DNA of 63,694 bases, from NCBI GenBank assembly GCA_965644265.1, contig CBFFRO010000032.1, positions 307 through 64,000 on the forward strand, in the 5' to 3' direction. The first letter of the stretch is position 1. Each line of letters begins with the position of its first letter. This document shows positions 24,519 through 34,843 of the stretch, piece by piece. Under the pieces are notes generated by a model that did no database searches, was not told the DNA's origin, and worked only from the letters and a program-made list of their open reading frames with translations. The translations under genes were made by a program, and so were the position numbers. The DNA comes from Glycera tridactyla (lineage: Eukaryota).

Positions 24519-27500
24519 ATGCGAAGAATGAATGACAGAATCCGCAAACTTTGGATGTCATTGATATATCTACAAGTTATATTCGCTCATATGAATCTAA
24601 GGCACCTGGCCAGAGTAAGAAGGCGAAAACTGGCCATTATCACAATAGCATCCAACATCTTGATGCTACTTCTTAAGGCCTATATTGCAATTATTGTCAT
24701 TCTGCCGCAAGGAGTCTCCACAACCTTCCATTGCCAGGTGCGCCTTGCAGTGGTAGCTATCTTAAACTGGATGAGGCTGGCACACGTAATGCTCTTGTTT
24801 TACAACAGTGTCAAACTCAACCAATTTGACAGACTTCTCAGTCACATGAATGCATTTCAACTCATTGATCTCCCGGATACACCACTAAGGAAGCGGGATT
24901 TATGTGCTATGGCATCCACCATGATTACATCTCTTGCCGTCGTCACATCTGGCATTGGTGTCACATACTTCCACATCTACCGTGATTGGGCCAGCTTGGG
25001 GGCAGTTGCTAGGACATGGTGTCCATCACTGCCACCACTCGCCTCCCTTATTTCTTACTACCTCTACTATATGGAGAATTTTATCTCTATGGTAACCATC
25101 TGGGGCTATGCGGTCCTCTTCATGTGCACTGTCTATTGGTTGTGCCATGAAATACATGCTGTCAAAAGGTATGTCTGTTCAGAATAATAGTGTATCATTG
25201 AAATAATATTTCCCATGTCTAATGAAGTCATCTAGCGAATTGAGACATCTCGATGTTCATTTGGATAAGCACTTTACATTTAATCTGAATGTTAACTACT
25301 TGAACAAGTCGACAGTGAAAATGCAAGCAATGGTTAATTTCTTTTTAGTCCACAACAATGAACTACTCTATTATGATCTATGAATTTACGAGCCAAGAAA
25401 AACTTATTGCTCTTGTCAAATTTGAATATTAAATGCCCTGGATATACTGGCACTTGAGCAGAGAAGATTCTATGATAAGGATCCATCAAATGCTAAAATC
25501 ATATCTACAGTCAAACTTGTCTTAAGTATGAAGCCACGCGATGTGAAAAAATGTGTGTGTTTAGAGCAAGTTCATAATATAGTGAAAAATACCCTGGCGG
25601 GATGAACAGAATCCTGTTGCTTAACACACGTTCTTGCTTAGTACAAATCTTGAGCAGGACAAGTTTGACTGTGCTGGTATTCCTAAATCAGGCCTGCATG
25701 ATCTCTATGCAAATATGGAAAATCAAGTAGTCATCTGCAGTCGACATTGATGGTTACGCCTAGGATCATATTTAGTAATCAAAGGACTGTGCAGTTACCA
25801 CGCCAGTCTATGCATTTAGTGTACTGGGCTAGTATACTTATGCTATTGTCGTCTGAACTCACCACGTTGTTTCAGAAATATGTTTGGTGAAATATCAACT
25901 CAAACTCATGTGCTTACCAATAATATGCAAGTTGTATATCACTTGCCTTGAAATCCGATATTTTCCATTGTTCATTTTTCGTTTGTCTATATGACCTTAT
26001 ACTATCAGCCTCAATTGTAACCATCATGTAGAGTATACTTGTACGATCATCTTGTTGAGGCCTTGGAGCCTCTGAAAGGACCATTAATGTAGAATTTTCC
26101 TGATCACTATTCTGAGCGTGTGGGAATGCTCAATATTCTTGGGAGAGTATCCTCATCTTCACCATAGAAGACCCTCTTCCAAATATCTTGACCATTAGTA
26201 GCCTTTGAAACACGTTTGTTACAGTTTATCTTCCTGCATGGCTGGTGGTTGTAAGGGGGTTATCATTAACTCCCCAGAGAGTCTACTATGGCTTGTCATC
26301 TGATCTGTTTTCTGTCCTTGGCATGAATTGGATTCTAAGCCATGCATCTTCTCAACACCACTGCACTGACTGACCCCTTGTCCTGTTCTTATTTTTCGAA
26401 ATGGGGAGATAAGTTTCCAAGTTAAGATGGGTGCGATGTAGTCTCCATTATAGCATGATTGTACAGGCTGTAAAATTGTCTTTAGATGATCAAGCACACA
26501 GAACAATGAAATTGTGTGGATAGGGTCATGATCTTATGAGGATTTTATTCAGGAAATGTGTGCTCCTTTTCTCACAGGATGATCACAGAGTTTGTAAGTG
26601 GTCCGGAAATGGATAAAAATCGTTTGCAGGACTTGCGACGTAGATATGACACTTTATGCTGTGTCATCAATGATGTCGATGATGTTTTCCGGCACCCCGC
26701 TGGCCTATTGATCATCCTTCAACTGGTCCTGGTTTGTTTTGAAATCTATAAAATCATCAGCATGTCCTCATGTCACAGTCTTGTTGACAGTCTATATATT
26801 GTGAAGAACATCATCTTCCTATGTGGTCTGCTCATACCCCCAGCGCAGCTACACCAGAGTGTGAGTATTTGGGTGTCTGGTTGATGGGTTGGTTTTGAAT
26901 ACTTATTTCAGTGTCCGATTTAGCACTCTCCTGAATCCCGGGGAGAGTGAATTTGGTTGATGGGAGAATTTCTCTGAAATGATGAATTCATTGCGAATAC
27001 AGAACTCCATGATTTTTTTCTCCATTAACAAAAAAACCTTGTTGTCTATGAGACGACTGGCCTTTATAGGGATGTGGTCTTCATAGAGAGGTCATTTACT
27101 ATTGAAAATACTAACATTGTCGCTGCTCAGGGTCTTTATAGAGAGGTGGTCTTTATATAGAGGTGGTCTTTAGAGGGGCTCGACTGTACCTGCATGATTT
27201 TGATCCTGAAGAAAGAACTCCAGCGAAAAATGCGTTGGTGATGCTTAGGTCATCACTCGCATGACAGATAAGTTGAAATTCACGTTTTGATAAAGCGCTC
27301 ACCTCGACGAATGCCTTGCTCTCAAGATAGCCTTGCTCAATGATTTTTTCCTTTTATCTTATTGGGGAGAGTAAATTCATTATTGGGAGAGTGCTTATTC
27401 CAGTCTGCTCTCCGGATGAGAGAGTGGCTGAATTCTACTTGAGGGCTCTAGGCCTAGTTTCTCTCAGATCGGGAAGGGGGCGGGGGGGGGGGGGGGGAGA

Positions 27501-29883
27501 AACTCTCTATCTCTAGATTTTCTTTCTTTTTGAATTTCTCTTAGCAGGCCAGTTGAAGCAGTCATGAATTGTTTCGACCGCTGCCTGCTTCCTAGATGGT
27601 CTCAATTAGGAAGAACCGAAGTGAGCCCAGCTTGCTATGAAGCTTCTGAGAGATGAATGAGAGATCTTTAGGTGTCCGTATCTCCGTGAATATTTGAGTT
27701 AGAAACTCGATATTTTCAAATGATATAGATATGGGCGCACTGTAGAGAATCCGTGCTCAACGGACAATCTAGTGACATCATTTATTGAACTCTGAAACCA
27801 TGAAACTGACATTGAAATGCTGACTCGATGTCAGTGAGCAGAGAGAGTCAAAACTATTCACTAGTCAGAGAGTACCACTCAATACCTCATAGCATAACAT
27901 CACATAGATATTCCCCAAAGCCTGGCATATCCCATGCCCCAGATGAAAGTCATTCTCTCTCCTAGGTATCTTCCTGCATGAGTCATCTCTACAAGATACG
28001 GGTTACCGAGTTGACAGAAAATGCGATGAGACAGGTAAGTTTGTCATGACACATTGGATTATCCAAAAGAAAAAACTACTGGGAATGAACCAGGAACCCG
28101 GTGATTTTGCATGGGTCTGAAATCTGAAATATATGATCTGATAGACTGTGAAGCTAGATAGGGAAGGGAAATGGAATGCTGGGGTCACCTTACCATGTAC
28201 GTGCTGGGCCATGTGTTTCATTACATGTAAATACAGAGAACAGTATATCTTTGTGATTCCCCAGTGATGATCCCCATATCTAATGGTTACTGAAGTAGCC
28301 ATGTGGATGATGGTCGTGACCCACCTGAACATATTTCAGTGATTATCTGATTTGAGGTAGGTTCTGATTTCAGTGAATATCTACGTCCAACCCCAAATTT
28401 GAGGTGGTGAATTTCCTTCCCTAGGTTCTGATTTCAGTGAATATCTACGTCCAACCCCAGATTTGAGGTAGTGAATTTCCTTCCCTAGGTTCTGATTTCA
28501 GTGAATATCTACGTCCAACCCCAGATTTGAGGTGGTGAATTTCCTTCCCTAGGTTCTGATTTCAGTGAATATCTACGTCCAAACCCAGAGTTGAGTTGAG
28601 GTAGTGAATTTCACTCCCTAGGTTCTGATTTCAGTGAATATCTACGTCCAACCCCAGATTTGAGGTAGTGAATTTCCTTCTCTAGGTTCTGATTTCAGTG
28701 AATATCTCCGTCCAACCCCAGATTTGAGGTAGTGACTTTCGTTCCCTAGGTTCTGATTTCAGTGAATATCTCCGTCCAACCCCAGATTTGAGGTAGTGAA
28801 TTTCGTTCCCTAGGTTCTGATTTCAGTGAATATCTACGTCCAACCCCAGAGTTGAGGTGGTGAATTTTCTTCCCTAGGTTCTGATTTCAGTGAATATCTA
28901 CGTCCAACCCCAGATTTGAGGTAGTGACTTTCGTTCCCTAGGTTCTGATTTCAGTGAATATCTACGTCCAACCCCAGATTTGAGGTAGTGAATTTCGTTC
29001 CCTAGGTTCTGATTTCAGTGAATATCTCCGTCCAACCTCAGATTTGAGGTAGTGAATTTCCTTCCCTAGGTTCTGATTTCAGTGAATATCTCCGTCCAAC
29101 CCAAGATTTCTGATTTTATCGCAGCTCCATCTCCTTCTACACCAAGGCTCAAATACCAACATCGGCCTGACTGCATTCGGAATCATTCCATTGAATACGA
29201 ACACCATCTTATCTGTAAGTAGCTGCTATTTCTCTTAGATATTAGCAAATGCTAGACAAGCAAGTGTATGGAAACTGCCTCCCCAGACTCTTGGTGCATG
29301 TGACACTCTCCCCCCTCTCTCCCTCCCTCTCTCTTCCTCCCACTGACCACCATCTTTCTCCCTTTCTTTCTGTCTCTGTCTCTGAATTTATCGCCACCAC
29401 CACCACCACCACCATCACCACCACCATCACCGCGTCGTTCAATTACGAGCTGTCAACTACAAACCAGCTCCACAATCATGGGCGCCCTATGCTCGCAGTA
29501 CAATGCCGTCACAAACAGCTTAGTAAACCTAGTCGCAGCCGTAGTAATGGCAGCATTAGCTACTACAGTCAAATCACCACCACCACCACCATCACCACCA
29601 TCACCACCACCACCACTCCCTCCACCAACACCACCATTACTGCCGCCACCACCTCCATCCTTGTTGCCATTCTGTTTATATGAAGGGTGATCCATCGACT
29701 GTATTGTCCTCTCTCAAGAGAGTATCAGGATTTGGAAATTGTACAATTTTGTATCATTACTCTCATTCTGGTTCTTAGATTATCGGGATAATCGCCACCT
29801 ATGTTGTAATCTTCGTGCAGTTTGGCGAACCCCTGCCGGACGGAAAATGTGAATGTAATTTTAACAAATCTACGTACGCTTGA
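24519..29883 (+). CDS. Gustatory receptor-like (GRL; 7tm_7 chemoreceptor / 7TM ion channel family) protein, paralog 1, 398 aa
   Basis: Coding exons 24519-25168, 26578-26860, 27966-28034, 29125-29214 and 29779-29883. All introns are GT-AG, phases 2,0,0,0. Multiple hydrophobic helices. C-terminus LHLLLHQGSNTNIGLTAFGIIPLNTNTILS|IIGIIATYVVIFVQF carries the GR-family TYxxxxxQF motif and the three terminal phase-0 introns typical of GR/GRL genes. Confidence 0.9.
25508..25671. mobile_element. TA-CAGT MITE in GRL-1 intron 1
   Basis: Perfect 14-bp TIR CAGTCAAACTTGTC / GACAAGTTTGACTG. The paralogous GRL-2 intron shows the empty site. Confidence 0.85.
27040..27188. mobile_element. Partial TA-CAGT MITE in GRL-1 intron 2
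   Basis: ggtggtctttat repeats ending ggggctcgactg|ta. Confidence 0.7.
28347..29112. repeat. 64-bp minisatellite, ~12 copies, in GRL-1 intron 3
   Basis: Unit ctaggttctgatttcagtgaatatctacgtccaaccccagatttgaggtagtgaatttccttcc, ending just before the exon-4 acceptor. Confidence 0.95.
29385..29655. repeat. (ACC)n microsatellite tracts in GRL-1 intron 4
   Basis: Direct reading. Confidence 0.85.
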
Positions 29884-30529
29884 AGCAGTGTTCATACAGC
29901 CAGGTCATCAACAACTGAAGGGCATTGTCAAGGCCTTTTCACTTTTTTAGGACCATCCCTTCACCACACAGATGAGAATGTGTTTGCACAGTCAGGTCAT
30001 CGCCAAAAAAAGGGCATTACCAAGGCCTTCCAACAGTTATCAATCATCATTTCCAATTGCAAAGTAATTGAGCATCATAGTCCCTTATGACGTGTCACTG
30101 ACATTATGTAATCAACTTGCTGTTTTGTTCAATTCTGGGGTTCGAATATCTTTGAATGCATACCCTAGGACACAAAGGGTCACCCATCTTAAAGATTCCA
30201 TGCTGTTTGACCTGTGAACGGCTAGCAATCTCAATTGTGCCACTGAATTCTTTTAAATGAATTAAAAATGGAAGCAGTATATCAAATGTTAGGGACATCT
30301 TCGATCACTTGTTCCTCACTACATACAACAGGGGGAATAGATCTGTCAAGAGTGGTGCTTTTCAGTTCCCAGAAACAGGATAGAAACTTCCTTGAATGCT
30401 GGAATAGACTACCACAGCATATACGTGATGCCAGACTAAATGGAAATGTTGAGGTTTTAGGTCCACTTTCTGCTCTTGATTGGGCTAAATCAGACCACCT
30501 GCCGAGGAGGAGCGAAGATAAAGGTTGAA

Positions 30530-30607
30530 ACGTTCCTGCATGGTAGGACCAAGGATTGAACCCAGACCCATTGCCGCCGGCCCAGCACACTACCACTGAG
30601 CCACCAA
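30530..30607 (-). mobile_element. tRNA-derived SINE head
   Basis: Minus strand has A box TGGCTCAGTGG (30603-30593) and B box GGGTTCAATCC (30563-30553). No complete cloverleaf seen. Confidence 0.65.
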
Positions 30608-30989
30608 GGCAGTACTTCACGTGATGCCAGAACTTCGTGTACTATCAAGGTTTGATACTGCAAGTGGCTAGTGCCTGATCAAATGAGGAAATGACTGCAA
30701 ATTAGAGACCTCATCTGAAGCGGCCTGGAAATGTGGTCCAGCAATCTGCGTATCCTATCTTGTGCTGTTAGCAATGGAAGTTATCAAGTGACCTATTCAT
30801 CGTCCTCTTCCTTGTATTTTTACTGTTATGCCACTGTCATGTATATATGCTTTGTATGGATGTATGATATCTCTGTATATACTTGTACCCACATGGAGAA
30901 GATATAGTCCCCGGACATCTGCTAGCTGAGTTTGTTGACATTTTGAATTCAAAATAAAAGTTTCAAAGGACTTTTTCATCACTACACAG

Positions 30990-31567
30990 ATGATTATGTG
31001 TTCGTATAGGCAATGGATGAAAACACTGTCAATGCATAATAACCAACCAGAGGCCGACCTCTGGTTAAAGTGGACAAAATCAGATATTCCCTATGTGAGA
31101 AAAAATTCAGGCATAGGGCCGCGAAACGCTGGAATCATTTCATTATTGACAACCCAGATAGTGACATCATGAAACCTGATTCTTTCAAAAACTACATCAA
31201 GAAACTTCGATCTATGTGACCTATGTGAGGGTATAAGTGACTTGCCTTATCTGCTATATCAGATTATCATGACTGTTGATAATATACAACTATGCCAATA
31301 TTTGACGCCATCCTAGATCATCCTTGATCACCCTGAACGACATTACATATTTGATACAGCAGAACTCTCGAGATGACCATTCACTTATCTATCATCGACC
31401 TATCACTCATGCATCTTCATTTACTCACCTGTATATATCTCATCTTAATGGGAAATATCACATGTGCAATGTATATATAGTCTGCCTGAAAATGAATATT
31501 GTATATTTACATGTTTAATTGTTCTGACGATTCAAAATAAAGTTTCAAATTCAAATTCAAAATTCAA
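30990..31567 (+). mobile_element. CR1/L2-type LINE 3' end
   Basis: Translation KFRHRAAKRWNHF...DSFKNYIKKL*, then a 3' UTR ending aataaa + (ttcaaa)n. A related reversed fragment lies at 56460-56645. Confidence 0.7.
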
Positions 31568-31927
31568 CCAACAGGTATCAGAAGGAAAGTGCTGTGGCTA
31601 CACATGGAACTAATAGTTCCACATCATCAAGTTCATGGCTGAAGTCAAAATTCTAAATTCATATATATATATGAAAATAAAAAAATGAAAAAAATAAAAG
31701 AAGACGAGGCAATATTCCAATGGGCTCCTCCCTCCCATGGATGTGGGTGCTGTCAGGGATTGGGTGGGAGTGAGGCGGATGTGGTCAATTTTGAAATCCA
31801 AAGGTCTAAGACAGCTTAATTCAATCCATGGTCCTCGTAGTTACGCCAAAAGGGGAAGGGATGTGAAGGCAGGGAAGATTGGTAAAGGTGGGTGGAATTG
31901 CTGATGGGGTACATGCATAGGGTGGGC

Positions 31928-33661
31928 TTATGCTTTCTTTTTAATGTCATATATCCTGGGTTTCGATGGTGGGCGGATCCATTTGGTCTGTTTGGGTGGT
32001 TTATCCATGGTGTTCAGGCCCACGGGGAGGACACACTGGAGTCTATGTATCCAGTTAAATTCAATCTGATCTCTAAGGGTGGCGGCCGTGGTGGATTCTG
32101 GGTGGGCATAGATAAAATCTAGAATGTGTATGGTGATGTTTTTTTTGCCATTATGGTCTGGGAGATTGAAGTGTTTCCCAATTTCGGATTTTTGGTCATG
32201 GGATTTGATGCACTGGAAATAGCCCTGGAATCTGTCCATGAGTCTGTTCTTGGTTTGGCCGACATACTGGAGATCGCAAACTTTGCAAGTGATGCTATAG
32301 ATGAGATTACCACTTTTGCATGTGACGTTCATCCTCGTGGTGTATATTCTCTTGGAGCTGTGGCTGGTGATGTTGCCACTTTTGTCAATGAGGGGGCAGT
32401 ATGTGCATTCTTTCCGTATGCATTTGTTGCGGGTGAGGCAGTTGGGTGTGTCTGGTGTGTCGGGCGTGGTGTTTTTTTCCGGTGGAAGCTTGGCTCTAAC
32501 AAGAATATCTCTGAGGTTTTGGGGTCTTTTGTAGGCTGTGATGAACTTGTTGGCGGCGATTTTCCTGGTGGTGGGAGCGTTCCAAGAGTTCCCAGTTTTT
32601 CTTGGCAATTTTTTTGAGGTGGTAAATCTAGGGTAAAACATGGTGGTCATGATTATGGGTGGTTCTTTTATTTCAGTCTTGTGGTTCGGAGTCCTAGGGG
32701 CCAGGAGTTGGGTGCGGTCTTTCTCAAGGGCCTTGCTGAAGCTTTCTTCTAAAATTCCGAGCGGGTATCCCCTCTTTTGGAGGTGGTGGAGGATCATACG
32801 GCTGTTGATACTGAATTCGTCATGGAAGGTGCAGATTCTTCTGATTCTAAGAAGCTGGCTGTAGGGGATGCTTTTTTTCATGTGCATGGGATGGGCTGAT
32901 TTGAAGTCTAGGTAATTGTGGCTATCGGTGGGCTTGGAGTATAAGGTGGTCGAGATTTTGCCGTTGTGAATATGGACTGTGGTGTCGAGGAAGTGTACAT
33001 GGGTGTTGGATTGTTCCAGAGTGAATTTGATGTATGGGTGGGCATTGTTGAGGTCCTGGACAAAATCGTGGAGGCTGTCATGTCCCTCTGTCCAGATGAT
33101 GAAAATGTCGTCTATAAATCTACAGTAGAGATGTGGTTGGATGGTGTGTGGGTAGACAAATTTTTCCATGAAATGGAACATAAAGAGGTTGGCAAAACAG
33201 GGGGCTACTTTCGTGCCCATGGCAGTGCCTCCCACCTGGATGTAATTGTGTCCATCAAACTGGAAATTGTTCATGGTAAGGACCATGTGGAGGAGTTCTT
33301 GTAAGGATTGGTTGCTTGGTTTCATGGGGCCTGGTCTGTATATGTTGAGGATTTCTCTGGTTGCTTGGATACCCTCGTCATTAGGGATATCGGTGTAGAG
33401 GCTCGTGACGTCTAGTGAAGCTAGGATGGTGTTGGCTGGTAAAGGTCCCACACCATTTAGTTTTTGTAGGAAGTGGGTGGTGTCTTTCAGGTATGATTTA
33501 GTATTGGGTAGGAGGGGTTGTAGAAAGTGGTGTACGAAGGAGGAGATTTTCTCTGTTGGGCTTTCATTTGCTGAGATGATGAGTCCGCCTGGCGGCGGGT
33601 TCTTGTTCTTGTGGATTTTGGGCAGTAGGTAGAGTTGGGAAGTTCTAGGTTTCTTGTTGAC
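31928..33661 (-). CDS. PLE reverse transcriptase / GIY-YIG endonuclease polyprotein (truncated, probably inactive)
   Basis: The frame extends upstream of the tracked ORF (PRTSQLYLLPKIHK...YLKDTTHFL). Motifs LDVTSLYT, GTAMGTKVAP, RFIDDIF, Cys linker CIRKECTYC, LIYSITCKVCDLQYVGQT and HFNLPDH. No native start. Confidence 0.92.
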   Translation of the reverse strand, partial: VNKKPRTSQLYLLPKIHKNKNPPPGGLIISANESPTEKISSFVHHFLQPLLPNTKSYLKDTTHFLQKLNGVGPLPANTILASLDVTSLYTDIPNDEGIQATREILNIYRPGPMKPSNQSLQELLHMVLTMNNFQFDGHNYIQVGGTAMGTKVAPCFANLFMFHFMEKFVYPHTIQPHLYCRFIDDIFIIWTEGHDSLHDFVQDLNNAHPYIKFTLEQSNTHVHFLDTTVHIHNGKISTTLYSKPTDSHNYLDFKSAHPMHMKKSIPYSQLLRIRRICTFHDEFSINSRMILHHLQKRGYPLGILEESFSKALEKDRTQLLAPRTPNHKTEIKEPPIIMTTMFYPRFTTSKKLPRKTGNSWNAPTTRKIAANKFITAYKRPQNLRDILVRAKLPPEKNTTPDTPDTPNCLTRNKCIRKECTYCPLIDKSGNITSHSSKRIYTTRMNVTCKSGNLIYSITCKVCDLQYVGQTKNRLMDRFQGYFQCIKSHDQKSEIGKHFNLPDHNGKKNITIHILDFIYAHPESTTAATLRDQIEFNWIHRLQCVLPVGLNTMDKPPKQTKWIRPPSKPRIYDIKKKA

Positions 33662-34015
33662 CGGACTCTGCCCTCAGCCCCCCTTGCTGCAGGGGGCACA
33701 CGTCTGCAACACAAGACCTTAGAGTCAGAGCCTGGGTACCACACATGTGGGCCCCTAGAACAACAGTCTTCCTGTCAACTCCTTATAAAATTCTATCGAT
33801 CTACCACTCACCCACGAGACCCCTTAAGGCCACCCGCCCGTGACTCCGCATTTGGACAGATTTCACAAAGCAAATTTAATCACCCAATTCACCGCCCACC
33901 ACCCCCTATCTTTGGAGTTGAAGTCGGCTCACCCAGCATGAGAGACAGAGTGGGAGGCCCAACTGGGCCACTCCCACACCACTCTGGATCCCACACCCAA
34001 GCAAGCCCGCCCAAT

Positions 34016-34075
34016 CCGGTTGGCTTGGGTGAGTTCCTGAAGAGGGAAAAATTTCCCGAAACCGAGGACCTCCAT
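34016..34075 (+). ncRNA. Hammerhead-ribozyme-like motif in the PLE inverted arm
   Basis: CTGAAGA (34037-43), stem II GGGAA/TTCCC (34044-57), GAAA (34058-61). ACCG can pair with CGGT at 34017-20. Stem I is imperfect. Confidence 0.65.
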
Positions 34076-34280
34076 GGACAGCCCCTTAAACCACATGGAG
34101 AAGGGAAAGACCAACCCATTTTGGTGATCCCCCAACTGGACCCCCGATCCGCCCAAGCCGTTACCATGGAGAGAGTGTGTTGCGTATATAAGGCGTGGAA
34201 CGACGTGAGTCGTTCAAACCTCGGTAGAACCTTCCCCCCTGAAGGACATTTGCCTCGTTAGGTGGATTCGATCCGCCACC

Positions 34281-34322
<42 letters not shown>

Positions 34323-34700
34323 TTTAGAAATTTGGATATCTATTTATTTATCCATTTATTCATATATATATATATATATCTTTCCATAAATTCTACAGAT
34401 GTTAGTCACGCCATGATCAAAGGTAACCCAGAATGATTAAGAAATGTCACAGTGCGTGGATGTTGTGTGGTTGACGTACTCTGGGATCTATATATCTTAG
34501 GTATCCCCATATGGGGGAATCTCCCAATACCTGTGTATCAATTGAGTTCTGTTACTGTGCCAAATCAGTACAACAAATAACAGTCACAAGATATAGAGTA
34601 TCGGATTAGCTACAAATGTAAGAATCTTGTTTGCTTATTGGAGAGGATAGATTGTTCTTGCAATACTCCACAGAATGCCAATGCAATATGGGGTGTATAC

Positions 34701-34843
34701 GTTTCAATGATTAATGTGCTGGGTAAGGAGCGGATAATACAAGTCCTTCTTTCTCCTATGGAATATGGAACCCAACTGGCTTCTGTTGATTGTTAGTTTC
34801 AATGATTAATGTGCTGGGTAAGGATCGGATGATACAAGTACTT
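34701..34843. repeat. 95-bp direct repeat interrupted by the LTR element (remainder at 51972-52018)
   Basis: Unit 1 is 34701-34795. Unit 2 starts at 34796 and resumes after 51971. Confidence 0.85.

Larger units (their letters stand above)
31646..34334 (-). mobile_element. Penelope-like element (Neptune-type), 5'-truncated, with an inverted arm
   Basis: RT + C-terminal GIY-YIG on the minus strand. Strand base skew flips at ~33662. Both ends carry (TA)n + GAATTTAGAA(A/T)TTTG in inverted orientation. Confidence 0.85.

Noticed and set aside
24502-24531. Out-of-frame mini-frame conserved in both GRLs (DFDDRRCEE* / EFDDHRCKK*)
   Set aside because: Explained by plain nucleotide homology and the ATGA of the second Met. 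No start codon visible.
31892-33632. Plus-strand ORFs of 64-163 aa over the PLE
   Set aside because: Antisense shadows of the RT/EN coding strand.
33635-34261. 208-aa Pro-rich ORF
   Set aside because: It crosses the inversion junction, has no ATG start or recognisable domain, and overlaps structured RNA motifs.
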